Source of the DNA: Adineta vaga
Lineage: Eukaryota > Animalia > Rotifera
Direction: 5' to 3'
Length of the DNA stretch: 64,000 bases
NCBI GenBank assembly: GCA_021613535.1
Contig: CP075492.1
Location: 7,502,001-7,566,000, forward strand
The position numbers and the translations under genes are program-made. This document shows positions 53,844 to 64,000 of the stretch, piece after piece. Within the stretch, counting starts at the first letter, position 1. The number at the start of each line of letters is the position of its first letter. The notes beneath the pieces are model-generated. The model saw nothing but the letters and a program-made list of their open reading frames with translations. It searched no databases and was not told the origin of the DNA.

Positions 53844-54950
53844 ATGATGCGTTTTTTATGTAATCTTCTATTTTCAATAACAACTGTCTTTATAATATGG
53901 ATTTCTATAGTTAAAATTCTCTACCAAAATAAGCAATGTTCACACAATCAATATACGCGTCATTCTCATCGAAAATTTAGTAATCATTCATTAAATCCTT
54001 TAAGAATTGATCAACGTTTAAAACTACATCATTTCACCATTCTTGGTACACATAATAGTTATCATAAAAGAAATCTTCTCTATCAATATGAACATGTCAT
54101 TCTTGAAGAACAATTTACATATGGTATTCGTCAGATTGAATTAGATATTCATTTAATGTCGAATCATGATGTTGTTTATCATATTCAATTACTTGATGAT
54201 CGAACAAATTGTTATTGTTTAAATGATTGTTTTCAAAGAATTTTCAATTGGACTATGATGAATGCATATCATTATCCAATTTATTTATTTATTGAAATAA
54301 AACAAATGTTTTATGAAGACTTATTTACGGGATTAAATGGTGGAGTGAAATGTAATCATTTTCAAACGATTAAAGAAGAACTTGTGAAATTTTTTCCAAT
54401 TGATTCATTGATTCTACCGAAAGAAATACAAGGTAATCAAAGTTCAATTCGTTTAGCTTTAAAAAATCAGAGAAAAAAAGAATTTATCGGTGATTATACT
54501 TATAAAAATTATGGTTGGCCACCATTATATATTTCTTTAGGAAAATTAATTCCAGTTTTTATTGATGATGTACAAAATATTGTTCCAGAATTAATTGGTA
54601 CATGTAAACTATTATCGGACTTTTTCTTTATTGCACAACAAAATCCAACTTTAAATTATGCTTCTTTTATTACTCTTAATAATCCATTAAAAAATCAATA
54701 TTTAATGACAAAAAGTATCAATAATGGTTATTTATTACGTGTTCTGCTTGGATATAATGGTAAACAATTGCTTGCAAATTATAATCAAGCAAAAAAATAT
54801 GGTTCTCAAATAATAAGTACAGATTCAGTGCAATGTAATGATACAGACATATGTCAAAGTATCATGAATGATTTTAAAACAACGTCAACTATTTTATGTA
54901 ATCCTGTTGTTGCACCAAACTTTTGTAATACGTCATTTGTAAACCCGTGA
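53844..54950 (+). CDS. PI-PLC-like phosphodiesterase (bacterial/fungal Ca-dependent PI-PLC type)
   Basis: N-terminal TM or signal; GTHNSYH, Q..YGIRQIELDIH, VYH...D.RTNC..L.DC, H.PI...IE.K, WP....GK and QIISTD. Intronless. Confidence 0.8.
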   Translation: MMRFLCNLLFSITTVFIIWISIVKILYQNKQCSHNQYTRHSHRKFSNHSLNPLRIDQRLKLHHFTILGTHNSYHKRNLLYQYEHVILEEQFTYGIRQIELDIHLMSNHDVVYHIQLLDDRTNCYCLNDCFQRIFNWTMMNAYHYPIYLFIEIKQMFYEDLFTGLNGGVKCNHFQTIKEELVKFFPIDSLILPKEIQGNQSSIRLALKNQRKKEFIGDYTYKNYGWPPLYISLGKLIPVFIDDVQNIVPELIGTCKLLSDFFFIAQQNPTLNYASFITLNNPLKNQYLMTKSINNGYLLRVLLGYNGKQLLANYNQAKKYGSQIISTDSVQCNDTDICQSIMNDFKTTSTILCNPVVAPNFCNTSFVNP

Positions 54951-55062
54951 AATCAGATTGATTGTTATTTTTTTGATAAATAGTATAAAATAAAGAAACA
55001 GAATTTTTTAAAGTCAATTTTATTAATTGTACAGGAAAAGAATTAACTGTATTGCAAGATAA

Positions 55063-55965
55063 TTAACCTATTGGTACTACACGAATTTGTCGACACCATA
55101 ATTCAGATAAACAAATAAAACATAGAAAAGGCATAAGAAGTTGAACAAAATAAGGTGAATAGATAAAATAATATAATGATAAATCAGTAAGAAAAGTTGG
55201 TAGAAAATAGAGACGAATTAATACCACTATTGCATATGATACCCAAAAGAATGAATATAAACTTGATATTGATAATAATTGTACTGTTAATTTACGTATT
55301 GTTTTCCAATTTAATGTTCGTGCCATCTTTTTTCGTTGTAATAAAACTCGAATTAATAGAATAATACTTGCAATAGGTATAATCAATGATGGAATAAGGA
55401 TATGAGTAATCCAATCGAATGTTCCCAACCACATGAGATTATTATAACAAATAGAACCACATAAAAGTAAAGTATAATCAAAAGAATTTTCACAAGAATA
55501 AAGAAAAATACAAACGAAATAAAAGAAAGGTATATAACAAAGAGAAAATATCAACGGAAAATAATGACATTGAAATTTTTTTCTCGTTGTTTGAAGAAGA
55601 TGAGAATGAAAGATTAAGATATGTCGTTCAATTGACGTCCATGCCATTACAAAGAGATTGATTGAATGAAGTGAACAATTGTACCATATCCAAAAGAGAC
55701 AAAAACCATGTGATTGAGGTCGTACACGACCTGAATAAAGAAATTGAAGTGTAATCGGTAATTCAGTTGTTAATTCAAGAAAGGCAATGGCAAGTAATAC
55801 TATTAAGAAATGATTGTGTATACGAGAACGAATTTTATCTGAACGATAGCATTGATAGAGAATATAAATTGATACACATACAGATGGCACTTGAATAGAA
55901 GTAAATAGATAAAATTTTAAATGACGAATGATATATGGTTCAAATGAAACCATCGTTTCGTTCAT
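55063..55965 (-). CDS. Rhodopsin-like 7TM GPCR
   Basis: Seven hydrophobic segments, FC..W in ECL1/TM3, and AWTSIERH (DRY equivalent). Confidence 0.85.
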   Translation of the reverse strand: MNETMVSFEPYIIRHLKFYLFTSIQVPSVCVSIYILYQCYRSDKIRSRIHNHFLIVLLAIAFLELTTELPITLQFLYSGRVRPQSHGFCLFWIWYNCSLHSINLFVMAWTSIERHILIFHSHLLQTTRKKFQCHYFPLIFSLCYIPFFYFVCIFLYSCENSFDYTLLLCGSICYNNLMWLGTFDWITHILIPSLIIPIASIILLIRVLLQRKKMARTLNWKTIRKLTVQLLSISSLYSFFWVSYAIVVLIRLYFLPTFLTDLSLYYFIYSPYFVQLLMPFLCFICLSELWCRQIRVVPIG

Positions 55966-56452
55966 TCTTATGATATAGAAGTCTTCCGAGTGTATGCGAA
56001 TAGATTCAGAATGAGCATAGCTTGTCCTTTTTTTCTTTCAAAGATTATTGAATAATCTACGTGATAATTTATGATTCTACATGAAATTCAATGAGACTGT
56101 TCAAATAAATTCACTGAATTCGCAAAGCATATATTTACTGTTGTTTAAATATTAAACCGATCACAATAAGATCACTTGTCCTCCAAAAAGTCAAAACCAA
56201 ATCGAAATTATACCATGGATTGAAAATACATGAATAGATAAACAATCAGTATTCCCTATTTTCACGAGTTCATCGAACAAGTATATATTTCTGATGTAAA
56301 AAAATCATTTGATAGTCGAATTAGTAATATAAATTTATTTCGTTCGAGTAATAGATTAAAAAAAGAAAAGAAAAGAAAAAAAAATGTTGATAATTATTGA
56401 TTAATAATAGCAATCACAGATGTATAAGAATACAAGAAATATTCCTTGTGGA

Positions 56453-58185
56453 TTAAAATTCAGTTGATTTACTTCCACGTTCACCTCGACTTTTCATTAA
56501 TCTCAAAAGTTCCACTAAAAAATTGAGGAAAAAAAAGCATTTCTTTGGTTTTTTTCGAAAATTTATATATTCATTTACCGGGAATTGGAAAAACGATCGT
56601 AGAATTCTTCTCTGCTGATATATGTGTCAAAGTTTGGAGATAGCGCAATTGTAAAGCAATTGGACTTTGTTGAATGACATCAGCAGCTTCCTAAATATAT
56701 TTATATAGCAAAACAAAATAAAGGGAATTCAATCCAATGTTTTCATGGTAATTAGATATTACTTTTAATGCTCTCGATGCTTTTTGTTCACCTTCAGCGG
56801 CAATAATTTTTGCTCGTGCTTCTCGTGCAGCTAAAAAACAACAAAATATGATTCTTTTACATGCTAATATAAAATGAAATTATGTCTCACCCTCAGCTTC
56901 AGCAGCCATACTACGTTGCATATTAACCGGCAATCGAACATCTTTACTACAAGTGAGAAAATATTCATGAATTAATATAATTGAAAAAGAAGAGAATGAT
57001 TATTTACATTTCTACACGTTCGACTTTGACCCCCCATGGATCAGTTCCTTCATCAAGATGAGCTTGCATTGAATGAGAAATATTTTCACGATCAGATAAA
57101 ATTTCTTGTAATGTTTTTGTTCCTCTACAATGCAAAGAATTGATCTTCAAAAAAATTTGTTCGTCTTAGATTTAACTTACAAAATATTACGAAGTGTTGT
57201 AGCTGCAAGTAATTGAGTTGAATAACGAGAATTTTCCACATTGGTAACACTAATAATTGGATTAAAGATTCGAAAATAAACAACAGCATCGACGGAAACT
57301 GTCTACAAGAACGATATAATGAAAATATTGCATTAAAATTCGTCAAAATAACGAACCACAGAATCTCTTGTTAGAATTTCTTGAGGAGGAACATCAAAAG
57401 TAACTAAAAAAGATCGATTATGAAATATTTCATCTTTGCTGTCTCAATCAATAACTTCTAACCTGTTCGTAAATCAACTTTAATTATCGAATCAACACAT
57501 GGTAAAACAAAAAATAAACCTGGTCCTTTGGCACCACCTAAAACAATATCGTCACATTCCTTTGATCTATTTCTATCCTGTTCCTACCAGATAAAATTCG
57601 ACCGAGACGCATAATAACTGCTCGCTCATATTCTTGAACAACCTTTATGAAAGACATGTACACTCCAACAACAATAGAACATCCGTACTTACTTTTACAG
57701 TTACACAAAGTGAAAATGGAAATGTGAATGCACAGAGAATATAGGATAGAACAACTAGAATCCAACCACATGTTCCCAAACCTTCCTCAGAATCACGTAT
57801 ATCGTCTAATATATATATATAAATTAAAAAAATGAAAACGAATAAATTAATATTCTAAAAACATGGAAAACAATAATTACATTGATTATTTCGTGAAACA
57901 GTCGACGTATTTACTATTCGACGATCATAAAAGAATTACAATATGGCATAAACAAGAATAACCTTGTGAATTTTATCACTTACATTCCACATTTCCACTA
58001 GTTGTATGACGATCTTGTTTCGATGCCATTGGAATATTTTGTTCAGCCGAACTAATTCTATTCGAACGCTAAAAATAATAAGCAAATAGAAAATCTATAT
58101 ACTTTTTTTTTTATATGTCAGTGATAATAGTCTCTGACGAAGGACTCGTTTGATAACTAACAAACGTATCTGATTCACACGTCAT
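56453..58185 (-). CDS. Stomatin / band-7 (MEC-2-like) protein, multi-exon; start uncertain
   Basis: [64 protein letters not shown] and LQLRYLQTL...[11 protein letters not shown]. Confidence 0.92.
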
Positions 58186-59849
58186 TTCTTCTCGTCTATC
58201 TATCTGACTCAACGAATGTAATGGAAGAAACACGCGCACAAGCTGTACTATCTCAAAAATGATTTTCGTCAATAGAATGACGCGTGTAATAGAGTAAAAT
58301 ATAAGTAAAAAATGTATATAGTCTCTGACATACATCATCATATTGTCATTTTTTATAAAAGAGAAGATGGATTAAAAGAAACCGAGGTCAACGGAGAGAA
58401 GATAAGCATCGATAACTGAGACATTTGTCAATACTTTCCCACTCTCTTCTTCTTGCGTATTCTTCTGAATACTTGCCGGCAAAAATACCGATTGAAATAG
58501 AGGAAAACCTACGAGACGATGCAGAGATAATAATTGTCAGTAGAATTGATGAGAAAAAGAACGCAAAGAAAAACAAAATGAATGTATAATGATCTTTTTT
58601 TGTATCGTCTCTAAGTTTTCTTCTTCTTTTCTTATGGAAATCGAATAAATGAAGTCAGACAGTTATTTATTCGATTAAGTCTTCTAAAGACTATGATGAC
58701 AGAATAGCTTTACAATTTATTACTAACCGTTTTCATGAAGGAATATTTTCTCCAATTATTTTTACACTATGGATGAAAAAAAGCACGACACTCACAAGTT
58801 ATACGATAATTTTATAAAGGCGAACAGTTTGGATTGTTGCTATGTACTATTCGCGTCACTTTTTTTATATTGTTTATCAACTACACATTGATAATATATA
58901 AAAAAAAATAAGAAGAAAAGAATTGAGTCAACTATATACATCGCGACGAGTTTTTCTTTCCGTTCTTTTGTTACTAATCATAACAAACTAACAATCAAAT
59001 GAATTCTGTTTGAATAGATAAAAGAAAATTGCTCGCAATGAGATTATATCTCATTGGATAAATAACCTTTCCAAACCATCTTTTAATGATGTAATATCTC
59101 TATATAGAATGTCTGTTCTCTTTAGATCTATATCAATTTTGAGATTAAATCAATTGGGAATACTCGAAAGAAGACAAATTCAAGAATATTTATTCATGTT
59201 CATTTGTAGATCACTGTCTTAGTCTGTTTGATAGCATAAATAATCCATGTAATCGATAGCCAGATTTAGAGAGATTAATTAGATCAGTGACGTTAGCTCG
59301 AAGGAATCAATCAACAGATGAATATTTCTTTCTTCGTTCTCTGATTGATAAAATTTTATGTTCTTCTGATAAGAATGTTGTTGTTAGAACATAAAGCTGA
59401 AATCTCATACTATCATACATAGGTCGAGTGAAAATCACATGAGAAATTCAAATTTATATGATTGTAGACTAATCTATGTTGATCATATCGAATCTATGGA
59501 ATATTATTGACTAATGGTAAAAACAAGGGGCTGGAAATTTCGAGTTTATATACTATTTTTAGTTGTCACGCAATTGTAACGACATCAAAGCTGTGCGTGT
59601 GTATATCTGTCTGTTCTTCCTATTCTCTCTCGCGATTCTATTCGACAAATGATTGACAACTCTCTTCAATTTTTGTTTCCAAAATAATAATAGATACTCT
59701 CGGAAGACTTTAACTTGCGATAGATGAATTCTTGATGTGTTATAGTTATATATATATATACACATACATTCCATGTGACAATCATTCTTTTTCCTTTCCA
59801 AACAGTATAGATTGCAATATGAGTCATACATAATAAATCCTTTTTCACA

Positions 59850-61832
59850 ATGATAGTCTATCAATTCATAACTAAACTTCTTGATGATATCGATTTAATA
59901 ATTAATTATTATCTTGATGAAATTGAAATTAATATTAAATGGTCATCGACAAAAGATATTATGAAATGGACAATATCCTATCTTGACGATGAATGTACAT
60001 TACCATCGATTTCTCCATTATTTTATCTTTGTTCGTCATCATCGAAAATTCATTCTTTAAATCCAACGTTTTATTCCTATTGGTTTCAATTAGATTCATT
60101 ATTTTATCGTCGACTATTTTCTCATTTGACTACTGATGAAAATCAATTTATTCTTTTACTTTCTCTTGCTGATGGCCGAATTCTTATTCTATCTGAATCA
60201 CCATCTAAAGATAACATTCCAACTATTTGGTATACATCTTCTGGTACACTTCCAATTTCAATTCTCGGTCTTAATTATGATTTAAATACAAATCTTCTCG
60301 ATGCTGTTTTATCATCATCAACAAATTCGAAATTTCCAAAAATGATTATCAATCATTTCATTCTCTGTGAATCAATCGGATGTTTAGTCATTGTCAATTC
60401 TTCACATCTTCGTCGCATACTAATCGATAATACATTGAAATCAGCTTGTGTTTATTCGAATAATTTTATCTATAGTACAAACAATGAAATACGATCGATA
60501 TCGATTTCAAATCTATTAAAACCTGTCAATGAGGATATTATTAATCAAACGAAAACTTTACGTTTTGGACATTTTGAAAAACTTGTCGTTGGTAAGAAGA
60601 TTTCGTTGAATAAAAAAATGAAATGAACCATGTCTTGGACGAATTTAGATGGACAAGAGATAATTCTTTATTATCAAAATGGAACATTCGAACGATTAAA
60701 TAATCTTCTTCCACGATCTATAAATCCATCGCGTGGAAATTCACTTGCCAATCAAACGAAAAAACTTGCATGTTTAACAACAACGATCACTAATTTACAA
60801 GCAAATGCTTGTTTATTACGAAGATTATTGACCAAAGTGGAGGTATTCTATCAAATGAATCTTTCTATTTGTTTAAAATTAGTTCAAAATCAATGGAAAT
60901 TAGTTTTAACTGATCAACAATTGCGAATATTTCAACCGAATGATTTTATTTTGATTTTATTATGTCAGTTTTCTTCCAATCAAATGAACATTTATCAATT
61001 GAATCTAACGAACAGTTGGTTATTTAAAACGAATGATTCGTTATCGAAAACGTATCTTTGTCAACCAATTCTTATTCTTCGTTCTCAGAATTCTTTTTCA
61101 TATCAACTAGGATCTCGACGAATTATTTTATCTTTAGAAGAACAAATATTCGTCGAGGAAATTTCTATTGAAAATTATTTTCCTAAAAAATTCAAATCAT
61201 TGAAAAAGAATAAAGGAGCAATGCAACAATATCATCTAGCTTTAACATTACGAAATGATGCTGCGTTGAATTTTAAAAGTAAATTTGATTTCTTGATTTC
61301 AATTCAGACAGTTGAAATGTTTATTTCGAAGAATTCAATATAAATTTTGCTCGTCAATTAATTATTGGTCAAATGGATGTTGTTAATATGGAAATTAAAC
61401 AACAAGAAATCAAAGTAGACACTGAAAATGGACTCGTTGATTCGTTAACGATTCAAATTATACTTTCAAGTTCATGTCTTCGTCGATTAATTATTACGTT
61501 TTCTACACTTACTGAAGTAAATCGAAAAAGAATTAATCTTTGGAAATTTATCTTTCATCTTTTCTGTAGTTGTTCTATGGAAATAAAACAATCGAAGAAA
61601 AGAATTTTATTAAACAAACTGATTTACTAAAATTAATCGAACTCATTCAAGTAAATCGATTTCTCTACTATTTAGATAAAACGTTTCTTTGTTTTGTTTT
61701 TTTTCTTTCAAGAATATTCAAACAAAATCATCCGATCAAATAACCGATGATCTCTTACTTAATTTTCTTCAAATTCGTATTTATCTTTCAATGTTTCGTC
61801 TTGGTTCTAATTATACTGTTCAAGTCTATTAA
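59850..61832 (+). CDS. Putative FAAP100-like protein (multi-exon)
   Basis: LLSLADGRIL, PISILGL and LRRILIDNTLKSACV...IYSTNNEI recall FAAP100 (VLCGLPDGQL, PVIFIGAL, LREYCLPGPVLCAAC...YHSTPSDL), followed by a helical/coiled segment. Similarity is weak and from memory. Confidence 0.4.
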
Positions 61833-62133
61833 CTTTTCTTTTTCAAACATGCATGTGATTTCTTATCGTACAAGTGTTATTCAGTAAAAAACGATAGGAG
61901 ATAATTTAACAAAAGGTTGTTATCTTTTTTTTCTTTCTTTCTTTCTTCCTTTTGAAATCATCTATCGTTCGGAGAATGAATGGATATCAATTGACTGGTA
62001 TACTTATATCGTTCATATGTGACTAGACGATTTGTGATCGTTCTTCTTCTTTTTTCTTCTCGTCGTAGCTTTAAATAGAAACGTAGTTTTCATCATTCGA
62101 TATTTATTTCTTGCGAACTAAAGTATTTTAATC

Positions 62134-62415
62134 ATGTCATTTCAAGCTCCTTGCGATCGTCCAAATGCATCACCATTGGATAGACGTGGAACTGGTGCGT
62201 ATAATATCAATGCTGGTATTGATTCAAGTATAATTAGCGATCCAGCACATCGTGGTACATTATCAACACCAGAATTGGAAGCTATTCATAAATCCGAAGG
62301 TTATAAACAAGCCATGAAACATCAAGACGAAGATGATATTGAATTATCTGCTAAAATGAAATATATGTATCAAGCACAGAAACACGATGAACAACGAGAA
62401 AAACGTGATAGATAA
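62134..62415 (+). CDS. Small hydrophilic hypothetical protein (93 aa)
   Basis: Clean ORF with coding-like composition and AATAAA downstream (~62479). Confidence 0.55.
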   Translation: MSFQAPCDRPNASPLDRRGTGAYNINAGIDSSIISDPAHRGTLSTPELEAIHKSEGYKQAMKHQDEDDIELSAKMKYMYQAQKHDEQREKRDR

Positions 62416-62656
62416 CTTCTTTTTTTTTCTTTTTCAAAGTAGTCCTTGTCTGTATTTTATTATGTAATCATCGATATGAATAAAGATTAGCTTCTTATGA
62501 AAGGATAGAACGAAAGAAAGAAAAAGATGTGGCAGTATAGTAGCGTATTACATGTGTTGATTATCTTAATAAGATGGAAATGTGTTTGTGACGTGGACAT
62601 TTGTTTGTTATTTGTTGATAACTGTGCCAGAAAAGGAAACGCTATATATCTTAAGA

Positions 62657-63403
62657 ATGCTTCAACGAATAATTCTTGTTTATGGATGGATATTTTTTCT
62701 TCAAATTGGAGAAGCAGTTAAAGAAATCATCGTAGAAAAACCTTTTTATCTTCGTGCTCGTGTTCATGATTCTCAAACGGCTAGTGTTCTCTTTGAAATT
62801 GCTCGAGAAAATGATCAACGAGCATGTCATAACTACAAATTTACTATTCGTCGAAATCGAGAACCATTATACTCGATGCCCGAACAAAATTTAACATTTT
62901 GGAGAAATTCATTGGAATTAAAACATTTAGATGCTGGTGAATATCGTATCTGCGCATTTATTTGTTCCGAACATTTACCACAAACAAATATGCGTCTTTC
63001 TCATCAACAAAAAAATCGTTCATTACCAATATCAGCTTGTGTAAATATTCACGCCTATCGATCACATTTTCTTATTTTAACACTTTATATACTTGTATTT
63101 ATTTTTTTGACTTTCTCACAAATTGTGTTTACATTACGAAAACGTGAATTTCGAGCACGAATTAAGTCTGCACTAGTTGAAGTAGAAAGTACGTTACAAA
63201 AATGGCGAAATATTCAAACACCATCAGCATCAGTTGATCATGCACAATCATATTCAATTCTTCAAAGTCTTGTTACATTACCCGCATCACCTATTGATCA
63301 TTCAAAAACGTCTTCATCACTTCAACCAACTACGCAATATGACCATCGATTATCACATCCCATTATTTTTCATATCGAAAATTCCACCTTAGAAATCCCC
63401 TAG
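62657..63403 (+). CDS. Type I single-pass membrane protein with an FN3-like ectodomain
   Basis: Signal peptide MLQRIILVYGWIFFL, LELKHLDAGEYRIC (FN3-like Tyr corner), TM helix FLILTLYILVFIFLTF. Confidence 0.6.
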   Translation: MLQRIILVYGWIFFLQIGEAVKEIIVEKPFYLRARVHDSQTASVLFEIARENDQRACHNYKFTIRRNREPLYSMPEQNLTFWRNSLELKHLDAGEYRICAFICSEHLPQTNMRLSHQQKNRSLPISACVNIHAYRSHFLILTLYILVFIFLTFSQIVFTLRKREFRARIKSALVEVESTLQKWRNIQTPSASVDHAQSYSILQSLVTLPASPIDHSKTSSSLQPTTQYDHRLSHPIIFHIENSTLEIP

Positions 63404-63609
63404 TCGCATCTCAATATCGGTAGTGTTTTATCTTTAGAATAAAATCGTTTATTTTTGAAGTTAATGAAAGAAATTGATCTATATTAGTTCCTTCTCGTTT
63501 TTATTTCGAGGTAATTTCATTACAAGTACATGACGACGACAACAACAACAACAAAAAGAAAAGTAGTAGTAGGAGGAAAAAGAAGAGAAAAAAACAGAAG
63601 TGTCAATCA

Positions 63610-64000
63610 TTATTTCATATCGACATCATGATTTGAACCTTTGTGAACGTCAATAGAGAATTTATATTCATGATCACAACCCATATAAGCATCCGACATA
63701 AGATAAAGAATGTAATTATGTGTACCAGCGGATGGAGCAGTAAAATCTAAGACAACATCAGCTTTTTGTTGTAAAGTTAAACGTTTAATTGATATTAATG
63801 CATTGGTTTTCAATTCACCAATAACTAACCACCAACCTTCTTCACGTTTTTGTGGAAATAATGGTGCTATAACTGGACCAGAAACTTCATCAACACGTTC
63901 TAATGAAACATTAACATTGACTGTACTACCCGAAGTGACATCGTCTTTATCAGGTACTTCATAGGATACTTCAATATTTGGATAACGATTACAGAAACGA
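63610..64000 (-). CDS. SNRNP200: U5 snRNP 200-kDa helicase Brr2, 3' end (Sec63 domain)
   Basis: [43 protein letters not shown] and [11 protein letters not shown]. Confidence 0.95.
   Translation of the reverse strand, partial: RFCNRYPNIEVSYEVPDKDDVTSGSTVNVNVSLERVDEVSGPVIAPLFPQKREEGWWLVIGELKTNALISIKRLTLQQKADVVLDFTAPSAGTHNYILYLMSDAYMGCDHEYKFSIDVHKGSNHDVDMK

Noticed and set aside
58190-59849. Short ORFs in this and other intergenic or antisense regions
   Set aside because: They are low-complexity F/I/L/K-rich translations of AT-rich DNA or shadows of real genes, with no motifs.

Overview
AT-rich eukaryotic genomic DNA with many short (about 50-70 nt) GT-AG introns. The gene content points to a bdelloid rotifer (Adineta/Rotaria-like); this is inferred from the family expansions (ART-TPR, F-box, PAN-Kelch, 7TM) and the many bacterial-type genes. 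About 28 genes are recognisable. Core genes: ORC4, a NuMA/Mud-like gene, mitochondrial HSP70, tRNA-Ala(CGC), ABITRAM, ethanolamine kinase, a divergent XPB/ERCC3, stomatin, a FAAP100-like gene and the 3' end of SNRNP200. Probable horizontally acquired genes: a secreted Cys-rich plus VanY/M15B peptidase, GH3 beta-glucosidase, 5'-nucleotidase, a pentapeptide-repeat protein, a Kelch protein, a PI-PLC-like phosphodiesterase and a decayed CN-hydrolase. The most striking structure is 15865-25082: exactly two head-to-tail copies of a ~4.8 kb unit (3' part of PRIM1 plus an F-box gene). The unit is circularly permuted: it starts and ends at the same nucleotide inside the F-box gene, at a ~12-bp microhomology with the target site, as expected for integration of a circular DNA. 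Unit 1 carries three microhomology-bounded deletions. The PRIM1 relic has a probable U12-type intron. Several small frameshifts in otherwise intact genes may be assembly errors. All calls come from reading the sequence by eye; no searches were run.
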